From positions 21,142,001 through 21,206,000 of the forward strand of contig JBHGNT010000011.1 of assembly GCA_043228905.1 (NCBI GenBank): DNA of 64,000 nt. The letters are read 5' to 3'. The stretch comes from Azolla caroliniana. Lineage: Eukaryota > Plantae > Polypodiophyta. The notes beneath the pieces are model-generated. The model saw only the letters and a program-made list of their open reading frames with translations. It did not search any database and was not told where the DNA came from. This document shows, one piece after another, positions 1-14,138 of the stretch. The position numbers were made by a program, and so were the translations under genes. Positions within the stretch are counted from its first letter, which is position 1. Each line of letters opens with the position of its first letter.

Positions 1-3000
1 GAGCATATCACATACATCCATACCAAATATTTAACATTTCAATCACCTCTTAAGTAAAGATACAGATTCATCCCCGCCTTTTCTCTTCAAGGCCGACTTT
101 GGGTTCATATTCTCTGTTACACCATGGATATTTACTTTGTGAATATACGCAGTCATAAACCTGTCTTGGATTTGAATCATGCATTTTCAAAAGATTGCAA
201 ACACTCCTAATCATCTTTACATACCATTATTTGTATCAGCAAATCTTGCAAGGCAACGGATTCCTTGAGAGTGATATTTTGTAGTAACCTTCTCTGCATT
301 GCTTTGCACATAAAAATACAGGTGAAATCCTTTTAAACAGATTAAATAATGGAATGATGGCTAAATATTATTATAGAAGAAAGATGCTTACCTTAAAATG
401 GTTTTTAAACCCTTCAAAGAAACATGTTTAGCAGGTTTCTCTAAGTTCATGTCATGGGTGGTATCAAGAATATCTTGAGAGTGTTTTTGCTTTTGTATCA
501 TACAAAATCCAGTTGCCAGATTCCTGCATCAAGAGAAGTAAAGGACAATAAAAATAAATCAATTTTTCTTGATTCAATGGTATTAGCCTTACCCCCCCTT
601 AAGTTCTGCTCGCTTTGTTTTATATTTCTGCTGCATAGCCTGAAAAAGATAATGGTTAAGTGTATGCATTATAAAGCAGTTCAGAAACATTCATAGAAAT
701 ACTCAATGGCCTGAACCTGAGGAGAGTCCTTACAGAGGCATGATAATTGCAGTATTCACCATGGCGCCTGAGGCAAATGTCATTTGTAGTTAAATTTACA
801 TGACAATGAACATAATTTAGGACATAACAAGCAAAGAAATTTGCACAGGCATGACCGGAAACTAGCTTTCAATAAATTCTATAATATTGGAGTCCAGGAG
901 TGATACAATTTCACTTTAAACTTTGATGTCATAGAAATGGTATAAACCCAGAAAACCAAAATATGCATTTAAAGCATCATTATTTAGGAATAGATGTTCT
1001 AAACCCAAAAAAAAAAACTGAAAGTATACCTATTCACCACAATTGAGCATGGGCTGCCATCCTTCCGTGAACCTTTACAAATACAGTAGTCAACTGAGGT
1101 TCCTAGCTTTACTAGTTGATCCCCCGTGAATATACTAAGACTTAATTCATTTCTCTGAAAAGCAAACAAGTCTCGTTAAATAAAATATTCTTAACCAGAA
1201 GACATTGGCAGTTTAAAGCAAAATTACCAACAAACAATAAAACTTACTTTGGCATCACGCCGGACTTTCGCATTTAAGACAGTAATTATGGAACCAGCTG
1301 ACTCCTTATAGTGTTGTGCATATGCATCTCCAAATAGAAATAGGGAAACAATGGTTGTGTCTAAAGAAGCAATCTTCCATATAGCAAAATTTTTACCAGT
1401 GGAACATACTTTAGGCATCCCTTTCTCAGCCAAAACACCGATGGTTGCCCATGAACCAGAGATTTTCTCACCCATTGCAGCAGTTCTAGATAAGAAAACA
1501 TCCAGAATGAAAAAGAAAAAAGTCAGTGTAATTGTCTTCACAAACAGATGGAGAAACGATCAAAACGAGCCACATAAGTCGGACAAATATCCCCAGATTA
1601 GAAGTAGTGTATATACCGACCCACCAAGAAGCAATTCCTTACTATGCTAAATTTCATATGATAAATCCTTTTTGAGCCTATGTGGAACTAATGCAATCAA
1701 TTACAATGGGAACATACGCATCTGCAACATATCTGATACAAATCCCCAAAAAACAGGAAGAAAAATGTGAAACGAGCTTTACAATAAGTTTCCATGTTTG
1801 TTCTGAATACAATGTCCAAATCAACACTTTGTGCCATTCCCAAGTCTCGATATTTTCTGTTCTTCAAATCAGACAGTTGATTCCATACCTTGGCTATCAG
1901 CTATAGAGCAAAGTAGGGGAAGTGAATTACCTAATGCCTTGAAGTGGTACAAATCGAAGATCTGAAAGAAGGTTGCTCGAAGAAGCACCTGAGACAACTC
2001 TGTCCCTAAAACAAAACCAAGGAGAAAAATGTCATGATAATGCAATAATGCAAGAGTCCAAATGAAAGTTTATCCAAGATTTCAAGTTTTCCATTTTGTG
2101 GTACCTGATACGCAATCCAGAGTACATTTCAACATCAATGTGATTTCCTGAACGGTTTGCAGATAAATGTTTTTTTGTAGAAAAGCTGTGACTTTCAACA
2201 ACTTTTGAGTAAGAAGATTTGACCACATCTCGGAACACGTCCATACTTGCATTCTTGTTGAGTTCTGCTTCATCTCCAGAATCATATCCTGCCTCAAACA
2301 AATAAGACTCTACCATAATGAATGATCAATTCTAAAATATATATACAAGAATCTATCAAAACTTCCTATCCATATGATGAGTTACGGAGCCAATAAAAAA
2401 AACAATTTTTAAGTCTCAGACAAGAACGTGGAAGCATAAGAATACATCATAAACTTTTATAGGCCATATACAATTGTTTAATCTTGAAAAATCTCGTGAT
2501 TCAGCTTATGAAAAAGATGTGAATGAAACGGAACCTCCTTTGCACAATAAAAAAAGGTCAAAAGCTTATTACCGCTAGATGCTATAGACATAGATTAACG
2601 CAGCACGTACATTCTATTCAGAGATTAGTTACTTCTGAGAAAGAAGGGAAGCTGATTTCTACAAGAAGAAAAAAGATGGAAAGAACTATGGGAGGGATGA
2701 TATAGCCCCAGATCATAATTAGACCATTCGTTTTATCAGTGATTTAAACAAGAATACTTCTTGCAATTGGGAGGACAAAGACACCACAAGAAATATAAAC
2801 GGCAAAAACTTCCTGTTATAAGATACTGTATTCCCAGATCTAACATGGCGCAACTACTCGATTAAAGAAAAGGCTCTTTTTTTGTGTATCAAATATTTAT
2901 CTAAATACAACTTTGTTGAAATAGCCAATGTCGCATTCATTTTCCTTCAGAGAGTAAAAGAAAAGGTACAAAAACAAACAAATTCTTGAAGTACTATTTA

Positions 3001-3348
3001 CGTGTATTCCGTCAAAGAATTACCAAATACTTCTTGAAATTTTTCCCTTAAATCGGAAGTTGTTGCTGGTCCTTGAGGAGCAGAACGAGGCTTGTTTTCT
3101 GCACACGTCCATTCATAAATAAGAATCCATGAGAGAATGAACGAAAAGAGTGGTGTGCAGTAGAGTAGATAGCATGAAGAAGCAAATGATGATGAAGAAT
3201 ATGATCACGACAATGATGAGTATGATGAAAGACGAATGAGAGAAGGAAAGAAAGAGGGCATACCTGGAGGAGGAGGAGGAGAGTGTGGAGGTGTCTGTGG
3301 AACGCTCTGAAATGCAAGCAGAAGCTCTAGCTCTTCATCGCTGTCCAT
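1..3348 (-). CDS. MCM10: MCM10 DNA replication initiation factor (spliced; 3' end probably continues beyond the window start)
   Basis: ATG at 3348 (MDSDEELELLLAFQSVPQTPPHSP). GT-AG exons at approx. 3264-3348, 2105-2288 (GYDSGDEAE..MDVFRDVV..VEMYSGLRIR), 1931-2005, 1248-1486 (GSWATIGVLAEKG..WKIASLD..LFLFGDAY, OB fold), 1030-1154 and 734-767 (CKG..C..RHGEYCNYH zinc finger), ~593-639, ~392-524, ~224-300 (NAEKVTT..SQGIR) and ~47-160. Motifs match plant MCM10 as I recall it. Confidence 0.88.
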
Positions 3349-5479
3349 CCCGCCAGAAAATCAAAAACCAAGAGATATAACAAACACTCTACGGACGCAG
3401 ACAGACTATATATGTAGTATGTATTGCATGTGTTATATATGATATATCAATATGTATTATGTATGCATGTGTTGTGTGTGTGTGGATGGATGGATGGATG
3501 GAACAAACTCTACGAATACCATAATCTCTGTCTCTCATGATTAATGTAGTGATTAGGGAAAAGTTGTGATTACTCATTCGCAACTATTGATTAAAATGGT
3601 ATAGTTTGTGGACCACAATTTAAGCTAGACATTACTTGAACCCCTTTAGGAATGAAGAATGAACAAGCCATTGAAAATTCACTTGATATAACTCACGTTG
3701 AATCAAGGATGGCCTCTCTTGCTCATTATATTTTGCTTGCGTGTAGATCACTTACCATATTTCATCATGTAATTATCATGAAGTGAGCAAGTTTTGGGAC
3801 ATGATTTCAACACTTCACAATGTGGAAGATTGCTCTACTACAAAGATTGGTACCCATGAACATAGTAGTAAAAGCCAAACATCTAATAAATCAAAAGTAA
3901 ACCATCATGTGTCTACCTATACCTCATCTATTAGCACAAAGCCATTGAATCTATGAGCTCTTTCAAATGTATGATAAATGCAATAAACCACCATTTGTTT
4001 ACGTATACCTAATATATTATAGTAAAGCCATAAAATCTATTGGCAGTACATCCATGTGAGAATGAAAGAGATTCTAGTGCTTTATCAAATGCTTCACCAA
4101 GGTTTTTGTCTTGCAAGATGTTTATAATTTAAGGGATTCCCAATATTTCACCATTAATGTATGCATCAATCGTAAATAAGTTGCATGCATAAAATGTTTG
4201 CTAAAAGACAAATGAAATAACTTTTGTATGCTTGAACCCAAAAGCTCTCTCAAATAAAGATCAAACATTTTGATGGCTTGATTATCAAGTCTAACAATAT
4301 GCAATGGAGATTAGTGAAAGACAACATTGAAAAGGTACAAAAGATATTCGTATGACACTCTACATTGCAGTTGAGATTTAACCATTCCATAATGATGCTC
4401 CTCAAAATGAGAGGATATGCTTGGAAGTAGAGGTTATAACAAGTCCACAAGCATGTGACCAAGGTAAAGGACATGGAGGCACATCTCCTAGCAGCATAAC
4501 ATGGGAATGGTAGTAACAAAATGCAAAAGATGAATAAAAGCAACATAGTCTCTTCTATTTGGGAACATGGTACGCAAAGATAGTTCAATAAATAGAACAT
4601 AGCAACATTTCCTGAATTATCATTATGACGCACTCACGAGTAACAAGTACAACCAAATGGAACAAGGACAAGACTAGGAATATTCCATACTACTTACACT
4701 TGCATAAACCCAACACTTAACAACTAAACTATGCACCCAATGACAACATATGCTCACCCTTACACCACTCAAAGGGCTAGGCTAAAGCAAACCAAATATG
4801 TACACTCTGACCTAAATAAGAGATGGAGCACAAGAAGTCAAGCACACCTCCACCTCTTTGCACTTGACCCTCTTTTGGGTTGCATGTGTAATAGATAGTC
4901 ATGGACGATAAAATGTGTTCTCGTCTAGTCTAGTCATGCTTATGTCCTCTCAACATCTTTCATTATCTTGTCATTGAAAGGCTAAGCCTTTAAATGAGTG
5001 TTGCTCCAAATTGAAATTATTAGAACAAGATTAAAAGCACGGTACCAAAGATTTGGCTAATTCTTTGAAAAAATCCATTGAGATCAAAGAAACCAACCAT
5101 ATGCTTCAATGCGTAAAATAGGAATACATAGCTTTCATTTTCACTTGCATAATTACATGTGCCGATAGAAAAAATTATAAATACACATCTATAGAACAAG
5201 AACCCATGTTCTCTCAAGGAAAATCGAGCATTTACATTTGACGTGCACCTCCAATATGTTTTGATGTGTTGATGAATTTAGTTAATTCATGGTTAAGACT
5301 TCACTCGGGTTTAGATGGATGTGACGGTGATGATAATGTATGAATATTGAGAATTTGCCCCTTCATCAAGATGTAAGTAAAATCACTCACATATTAGATG
5401 GTGAACTGGATTTAGATTCTTTCATTGGTTTCCTCGAAGTTGCGACATCAGTGATATGTACATATACAAAATCATTCCT

Positions 5480-8400
5480 TTAATAGCAAAGTGTTTGACC
5501 TTTGTGAATCCAATCAACAAAGCTTTTGGAAAAGACCCCAAGAGAAGCAGCACCGCCTCGAAATTGAGTGACGCCACTCCCGACATCATGTTCCTGTAAG
5601 AAGTCAAATGTATCCATGTCCTCAGACCTCCCGATTCGGTTACGACTCCAATCCGTGGTGTTAGCCAACAATGCATTTGTCAGGTCCTAAAGTGAACATA
5701 TGTATGTTGCATCAGTGACCTTGCCAGAAAAACTAAACACATTTTATCATGATACTGCAACCCAGTACTTTCCATTGCATCTTTTGTAATCTATGTATTT
5801 ACATAATAATATAATGCAATGCCTGTCATAGAGTGCATACATTACAAAATGCACCATGACCAACTTAATATACCTGATAATATTCATTGGTTTCATTCAC
5901 TTCTGATTCATGAATTGTACAAGGAAGAAGATATCCGCTATTTTGCATGTTTTCAGCATCGGTAACAGTTACAGAATGCCTACCATCACCATCATCATAG
6001 TTGGTTTAAGAAAAAGTTTTAACGTGTTGAGCCATATAATTAAAAACTTTTGAAACTCCTTTTGAAATATGAAATATGAAATTCCATAACTCCTTTTGAA
6101 ACTCACCTTTCCTGTGCATCCTCTTCGCATGAGTTACCAGACGAAGATAGCCAATCGGTTTCAGCACAATCACCAAGGCATCGAATATCTGAAGTTTTGT
6201 TACCATGTTGTATGAAAGGGTATCCATCTTCGTTCCTATACAGATCACACCCATCATTACCAAAAGGTCAATAGTATAATCAAACTTCCGTCTAAATTTG
6301 TCAGAATAACTTAGAATTAACTCTTTTATATTTTTATTCTAAAGCATCTTGACATTTGGAGGTTATATCTACCCTTCAAAATTTACAGGTGCTTTTTCAA
6401 ATATTGATGTGCAAATGATACTAAAATGTGGGTGCTTCCAAATACTACCTCCTGAGTCGTAGGACAACACTCAATGTTCATAAGTGATGGCTTGGGGCAA
6501 CTTATTACAATACAGATTCAAATACAAGAAATATAAACAAAATTAAACAAAATTATACCTCGTTTCCACATAGTCTTCATACACTTCTACAAAGTCCTTT
6601 TTCATTTCTCCTTCATTTGTTGTTGTTGCTGCTTGTCTTACCAACCCATGTCGTGTTGTTGGCTTATTCACATTAGTATCATTTACTTGTGTTCTTTCAG
6701 TAAGCATTATTGCCTTGCCATTCTCGTCAATCATGTTCCCAACAGACATTGACCTTTTAATGGAGAACCTGTAAGAAGAAGTTAAGAGAACAAATTAGTC
6801 CTTTGTTATTAAATTATGGATGTAGAAAACATTTAGACAAAATGGAATCTTTTAATGTTCAAAATGCACAGTTAATTAGCTTTATGCAATCCAAATTGCC
6901 ATACTGATGTAATTCGCCTTAAAACTATGTAATATACTTAAAGTACAATGATGCTTAGAAATGGATGATTATCTTTGTAAAGCTCAAGTTATTAATAGGA
7001 TTAACTTCTGTATGTGTATTTCTCACACCTTAAACCATTCAGGTCATCATCTGTGCATCGCCCAACTTGCAAATGATTATCTGATCCTTGCTTGCACAGC
7101 TGCTCATGTTTTCCAATTCTTGGACAGAAATTTCCCAAAAATCTGCATTCACAAAGGTTCCATTTGAGCCTATATGGAGTGAATAATCAAAGAATGTTGG
7201 TTCTGAAAAACCAAGAAGATCATTAATAATGGACAATAAACTAAGAAAAGCAAAGACATTAACAACTGACAATGACAATGCAAAACAAAAATATTAAAAA
7301 ATTGACAATAATTAAGAAAAATATGTAACAGAGGTATATACAAATGTGCTCACAAATGCCACATAAGGTCAAGGATATGACACACACATACACATATAGT
7401 TAGAACTATCCCATGCTTACGACTTTAAACAAAATCTTTGCTTATGCAATTATTTCTTCTATTACTCCTAGAGTATTATAAGAAATAACATCAAAATCAA
7501 GACTTTGGGAGTCTTTGGCTCAAGATATTATTATAATCGAGATTTTGGGTGTCTTTGGCTCAAGATATTATTATAATGTCCTGTCTATGGGAGCATAAAA
7601 GAAAATGAGGAGAAACAAGCGATAATGGAGCTCCTATCATCAATCATTTTCCAAAACAATACAAGTACACACATGTTAATTGCATCTTGCTTTCCCCCAT
7701 CTAAGTAAGCATTATTATAATGTCTTCGTATAGATCTGAAGAATTCCAAAGATTGAATGGTCGCGTTCCATTTCCCTTGTCGTTGCGAGAAAACCTGTAA
7801 GTTTAATTTTTTAAAAGCTAATGTCAGTTCCAAATTTTCTTTTACTACAAACTGAGACTTGCATCCTTAGAATCATGCATCGATTCAGCATATATACAAT
7901 GTATGTATATATATACACCTCTACAATTGTAATGCATGGAAGGAATGCATTTTAAATTATATCTAGCAGGATGTGAATGAATATACACAAATATAGTCAA
8001 ATACATAAATTTAACAGTCACTTCTAAGCTTTAAATGGAACAATAAAACTAGCAATATGTAGAAGGATTATATTCCAAGTGCTATCTGTCTGGCAAGGTG
8101 TGAACACATATGCGTATACACCTATACAAGATTAAATATTGAGGTAGCTCAAACTCATGTTATATATATTATGCATGATATGGCTCATCCTATATACTTT
8201 GAACAATTATGGAGACAATTTCCCCTAGTAGCCTCTACGTTCTAAATATAACACAAGCTTAAATATTGAGGTAGCTAAAGTTCATGTTATATATATACTA
8301 TGCATCACATGGCTCACCCTATATACATTGAATAATTACAGAGACAGTTTGCAGTAGCCATTCAAAACAAAAACCAATCACAAGCATCTGGACATCTAAC

Positions 8401-11400
8401 CTTGTTATGGGCAGCTGAGCCACCATACTGGATTGCTAACACGTCTCCCATATTTTCATACATTTCCATTAATGTAATTGCCAAGGTGCTATGAGATCCA
8501 ACACGTGGAATGTCACATAAACCAAGTGCACACATTTGGTGGCCCAATGCTGCCAGACCAAATGCATATTGAGCCACATTCGTCCGATCAAGACAATCGA
8601 TGCAATTAGACCTCAAAACCCCCTGCTGGAATGTTGGTCCACTATACTGATGATTGTTTGGCTGTTGCCCAATTTTCTCTGGTTCACAATGGATTTCTAT
8701 GTTCCTACAAGAAATATTTCTTCCATCATTAGTTTCTACTACAAGTAAAAAGAAAGAAGATCAGACTAATCTATCTATATTCATCAACCTAAAACCAAAG
8801 GGAGATTTATGAAAATATACCCCAAGACAACCAATGTCACGAGCATACCTACTTTGTAACATTAATGGTGTGGGATTCATGGTTCGCACCATTTGGTTTC
8901 CCACTGTAATAAAGTCCAGTTTCCTCTAACGCATCAAGTGCAATTGTGTTGAGGACTTCCAGCACATTAACAGATTTCCTGCATTAGTTAATATAAGGTT
9001 AACACCTTGGAATGAAATTTGATCATGAAAGTCATAGGCTATAGCCAAAGAAAGCATACCTCCTTGCAAACATATGGAAATCCCACTGTACAAACTTGAT
9101 GCGTGAGGCCTTTGGTAGTGTATGGTTGAGATAAGCAACAGAATTTGCAAATTCCCGGCAGAGGATTGTCTCCCGAGGTCTTTTCTCCACTGTCTGAATA
9201 AAAAGGACAAGAAAACTAGTATAAGGCACAAAAAACTAGTATAGTCATCAATGCACCTCCAATCATCTTGACATTCATCAGATGAACATATGGAAAACCA
9301 ACCAAACTTAGTTCAAACAATTGAAGTACTTAAATGACAATATCAAACCTTTCAAACATAAAATAGGAATGACGATCACACAGCCTGTCCTAAAACATTG
9401 CATTTCCAACCAAAAATTGACAATAAGATTTAAATCATTATTACATATTGCTATACACAATAAAGTCAATTTAAGTTCATGGTTTTCAAACAATCATTTT
9501 CAATGATTTAAGCCATTTTCTTTGAAAATAAATCATAATTTAAAACTACGGCATTTACAACAAATTTTGCGTTGATATTTTTATTGGCTAAAATGGATGC
9601 ATAAAGCAATTATCATTAACATCTGTTATGTTACCTTAACAAGATTCAAAACAATGATAGGGTTCCCATATCGGGCTGCAAGATTTTCAAAGTGTATTCT
9701 GGTCGCACAATAGGATTGATCATTCTTGTATACTGAGAAGAGGAAACAAGCATTTGCCTTATAAATTGATAAAGAAAATTGATGCAAATGCATAGAAATA
9801 AATGCAATCATCAATACTTACAAACTATAGCTGGTTTTGGACTGAAAATAGATGTTTCTTGGGACCAAAATAGAGGAATTGATCCTCGATGCTGAACTAT
9901 GGAGCTGACCTGCCCCAGTTTTCCAGAAGGTTCTTCGTCATGGACTAATTGTTCTGTCTCTACATCATTCGCAACTTGACCCTCTTCATTAACACCCCTT
10001 CTGAGATACCTAAAAAGAACATCAATTCTACCATTTAGACTTAAACAATAGGTCAATTTAATAAACAGAAAGGTATATTACATAAGCACTATACATTTTT
10101 CTCTTTTAAGTAAAAAGAAATGAACAATTTTTGACAATGAGAATTTCACACCTTGTACCAGCAAAATGCCTGGAACGCCTTGCAATGAGCGTCAATGCGA
10201 AATTGGCAGTTTCGAAACTCAGTTTCACCTGGCAGAAGAATAGATCATCGACATCTTTAGTATGTAAAACAAGTTTGCTTAATATATACATGTGTGTATA
10301 TGAGTGTGTGTGTGTGTGTGTATGTGTATGCATAAAGGAAACTTTGAAATATTACCTGTTTAAAAAACCCGTGAACAAGAGCTACTGTCCAAAGCGAGCT
10401 TTTGACTTGGCATTGGATTTCCCGTGTCAGGAAACTGTTCCAAACAAACATATCCTCATAGGGCATCCTCTCTAAGCAACTGGATGTTGCATTCTTTTGC
10501 AAACTCCACATAATTCGGTAAGTGTAGCTGTAGAAGAAGTCCTTAGTGAGATCAATCGAGGTAAACAGTTGTTTGTACCTGCCATTCATAAAGAAAACAA
10601 TTACTTAGGTTATCATTCTTGCCTGATGAATAAACTAACAAAAAGATTGTGAATTTGACTATAATGCACAGAAAAGAAACATTTACCTGTTTTCGGCCTT
10701 TATCCTTGAAAGGTCAGTGAGAACTGAAGGATGAGGCACTGTGAGCAAGATGCTCTCACCGATGCCATAAATGGCATGGCCATGGATGTTACCAATGAAT
10801 CTCCTTTTGGTGATAAGAATCATGTAATAAGGATCCAAAAATCTGATGAACCCTGTACAAAAAAAACGTCAAAGAATTCTAGTGAGAAAAATGGATTCCA
10901 TCTAGTCAGACAACTAGATTTTACTAGTTCTTATCGTGGATTTTAAGCAGAAAAAGTTTACACACATACCCACAATTCCATATGCTTTGGTTACGAAGTT
11001 AACACCCCCACAGGATCTGTTTCCCTCAGCTAATCTCCTCAGAAGGTCATCACAGTCTTGTTGAGTGTAGATTGCCGGGTCTTCATATATGCTAAGCATA
11101 CTGGGTTCAGTTCTATCAATCTTGAGAACTCTCCATCTGGCTCTGCTTTTATCTCTGCCCACAAGATAGAACCTCTGCAGAAGCAAATTCAAAGAGGGAG
11201 AGAGATGAAAATATCATTAACAGATTCATCATATATTGAGGATCTAAAATGCATATCTTTTGCCAGCATGCAATAGAGTAAGAACAAGTGGAGTAATGAT
11301 GGATGATGAAGGATGATTAACTGATTCATCATACATTCGAAATTAGGTTTTTGCTTGAGCAACCAATTTTACTAAAATCTCTTTGCATATTTTAATAATG

Positions 11401-12323
11401 AGACGATGAAGGATCATTAACAGATTCATCATATCTGCAAAATTATGTTTTCTTGAGAACCCAAATGCATGACTTATCAGACTACAATCAGATGAAAGGT
11501 CACTAACTGATTCCATTTATTCGAATTTAGGTTTTTGCAATCCAGGTTCGTATTACAGTAAGCAGGAAATGAAGACAGAGGTAAGGCCTGAGCAAAATTA
11601 GGACTTTTTTGCTCAAGGAGTCAAATGCGTATGTTTTGTTCCAGGTTATTGTGCGATGCAAGATGAAGGTCATTCATCTGTTTCATAAATTCAACCAATA
11701 CAAAGAAATATAAAGGGAATATTTGTGCAAATTTAGGGTTTAGTTTGCAAACCCAAAATGTGATATAACAAATATATTATATTTCGAGATAAAAGGACAG
11801 ACACAAGATGAAACCCCCTAATTGAACTGTTCATGGTTTCAATAAGAAAAAATAAAGAACACAGAATAAGTCAATGTTTGGGTGCAAACATGGGGTTTTT
11901 TCTTTAGGATCCAGAATGCATATCGAGTTACCTCATGAATTCAATCAGAGTAAGTGAAGCACACGGAAAGATGAAACCTCCGTGCAATTTTAGGATTTTC
12001 CTTGAGTATCCAAAATGCACATCCAATTGATCAATGACGCCAATTATAGCACAGAGGCAATGTATGCGCAAAAAATATTAGGACTTTTCTTGAGGGCCTA
12101 GATGATATTTGTGGAAAGTTAAGGTTTTTGCTTGAGGACGCGAATGATGTTTGAGAAAAAATTAGTGTTTCTTCTGTTTTTTATATATAAGAAAGGAGCA
12201 ATCAATTAGGAGACTAACCGCCTGAGTCTCATAAACAGCAAACTTCTCCAAGTAATAACTGTTAGGCTGGAGGTCTCCATCACTCTCCACCAAAGATGTC
12301 TTGTTGATGAAGCATTTACTCAT
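5480..12323 (-). CDS. SAC-domain phosphoinositide phosphatase, FIG4/plant SAC1-5 clade (~16 coding exons)
   Basis: Exons read [11 protein letters not shown] / [24 protein letters not shown] / [13 protein letters not shown] / [31 protein letters not shown] / [10 protein letters not shown] / catalytic [12 protein letters not shown] (CX5RT, ~8580-8615) / QYGGSAAHN / KQDAIN / [12 protein letters not shown]. The C-terminus [13 protein letters not shown] ends at 5480. The start ATG at 12323 is inferred. Confidence 0.92.
7499..7577. repeat. 2-copy tandem duplication, 40-bp period (SAC intron)
   Basis: GA(C/T)TTTGGG(A/T)GTCTTTGGCTCAAGATATTATTATAAT at 7501 and 7541. Confidence 0.9.
8132..8350. repeat. 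2-copy diverged duplication, 127-bp period (SAC intron)
   Basis: TTAAATATTGAGGTAGCT..CATGTTATATATAT..TGGCTCA..GAGACA at 8132 and 8259. Confidence 0.85.
11200..12150. repeat. Degenerate ~90-110-bp repeat array filling the first coding intron of the SAC gene
   Basis: Recurrent GATGAA..ATTAAC(A/T)GATTCATCATA motif at ~11203, 11304, 11404, 11490, 11662, with (A)ATTAGG(T/A)TTTT..TTGAG..CAAATGC motifs in between. Confidence 0.6.
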
Positions 12324-12678
12324 GACGACGGAAGAATATGAAGAAAGAAGTAGATGTCGACGAAGATGAAGTTGGAGATATGAATGAAAAGCCGAAGAAT
12401 CAATCAACAAATGAATGAAATGAATGCAGAGGAAGAAGAAGATTAAGCAGAGGCGTGGTTTAATCTTCTAGAGGATGCTGATGCTTCTTCTAATGGTGAT
12501 GAACACGATGTGATTATCATTGTACAGAGCGTCCTCCAGCGAAGAAGAGCCAGATGAGGAGGAGGAAGAGATCACAATTGTGTTTCCTGCACATGAGATC
12601 GTCGTCCAGCAATGGCTATAGTGATGGCCGTATAATCAGGGATAGTGAGGCTGTTAATGAAATTATTACTTACGAAGA

Positions 12679-13320
12679 TTGAGGAAGAAGAAGAAGAAGA
12701 GGTATAATACATATTCACTGCTTCGGGAAGCTGAAGAAGAAGCACGGAGGTTCACATCATACATGGCATCTGTGAAGGAGAAGAAGAAGAAGAAGAAGAA
12801 GAGGGAGGAGAGAAGAGGAAATAAGAAAGGAAGAAAGCGGAGTGAAAGAAAAGGAGAAGAAGAAGCGAAGCTCTTGGATATGGCAATGGCTTCTTTCTTC
12901 AGATCTGTAGAAGAAGAAGAAGAAGAAGAAGAAGAAGAGGAAGGCGCTCTCTCTATGACTCCTCTCTTTCCTTGTTTTCGAAATTGTCGTCTTTCATTTT
13001 TCTCCGTCGTCTCTTTCTGCCGTCCGTTCATCACATGCCGCCCACAGACAGAGACAGAGACAGAGACAGAGACGGGAGAGACAGCGAAGAGCTCTAGAGA
13101 GGGAGGGGTATCTTCCGTAAATATAGAAAACTCAGAAAACCCTCCAAAAATCGAAGGGCGGGGTAGGAGGAGGGTACTTGCCTTAATTTCTCTCCTTCCT
13201 TTTTTCCTTCTCTCCTTTTATGTATTTTCCTGCTTTCTGCTTTCTGCTTTTCTGCTTTTCTGTCTTTTCCTTTCCTTTTTTCCTCTTTCCTTTTTCCTTC
13301 TTTCCTTTTTTTAGTGCCCC
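12679..13320. repeat. Microsatellite-rich 5'UTR/promoter of the SAC gene: (GAA)n, (GAGACA)n and pyrimidine tracts
   Basis: (AAG)n runs at ~12684, 12781 and 12909-12938; (CAGAGA)4+ at ~13044-13072; CT-rich tract 13185-13312. Confidence 0.8.
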
Positions 13321-13810
13321 ACCCCCCCCCTTCTTTTATTTATATAATTCCTCTATTATTCACAATTATTTCCTTTATTTCGCTTTTTCATCGTTTTCTC
13401 TTCTATTACTTCTTCGTTTTTTGGTTTTTTGAAGATGTGTGTTATTATTATTTAACCCCCCCACGTTCGTTACATATTTGTTGTTCATTTAATTTAATTT
13501 TAAGTAACTATTCATTCATTCGCCTCTCTATCTGTCTCTTTGGTTTGAGTTTTGTTGTTGCTATAGATTAACTCGTTTTCGAAATCATACGGAAGCCACG
13601 ATGATAAGTAACCATGAACACCGACACACAACAGAAGCTCAAGCGGAACATTGACACACAAACACACACGCATGCTCTCTCCTATACACAGAACTCGGTG
13701 CCTAAATGGCGAGACGTTGATTTCCTCCAACCATTTGAACCTTCTCTCTTACCAATGCAGATTTTACACTAGCATCACAAAACATCGGGTTTGGCATTTA
13801 TAAACATAGT

Positions 13811-14138
13811 TGTCATGTAGGATTCTTGGAGTGGAGCCTACTATTGGTCAAGCAAATCAGACAAAGAACTCGCAAATAGCCATGGATTATAGAAGTAGCA
13901 CATGATGGTTGTTGGGTTATAAAAAAGAACGAATATGCATTATAAATACAATTTGTGTTTGATGGATCTGGTAGGGGTTTTAGAAGATGATTTGATTGTT
14001 GGTTGAGTGAAATGAATGAAGAGTGAGAAAACATACATGCGATAACCAAGGGCTACAATTTTGAGATAGGCATTGGGTTCAGAGATATATCCCATGTATT
14101 GACAATAACGGGTTATAAATATTAAGCCCCGCATGACA
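13811..14138. mobile_element. Possible solo LTR / LTR remnant
   Basis: Starts TGTCATG and ends CATGACA (7-bp inverted termini, TG...CA), with an internal TATAAATA. No target-site duplication is visible, so the call is tentative. Confidence 0.3.

Noticed and set aside
7369-7378. ATATCCTTG (minus strand) as an AT-AC U12 donor in the SAC gene; likewise GTATCCTTG near 33340-33347 in ORC4
   Set aside because: Both lie inside ordinary GT-AG introns, not at exon ends required by the reading frame.
11732-11743. TTTAGGG telomere-like motifs (also ~23794, 25082 and 39525)
   Set aside because: Single isolated copies, telo-box-like at most; not an interstitial telomere array.
12666-13432. ORFs of 211, 122 and 70 aa with poly-K/E/S/F
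   Set aside because: They are translations of GAA and CT microsatellites in the SAC leader and promoter.
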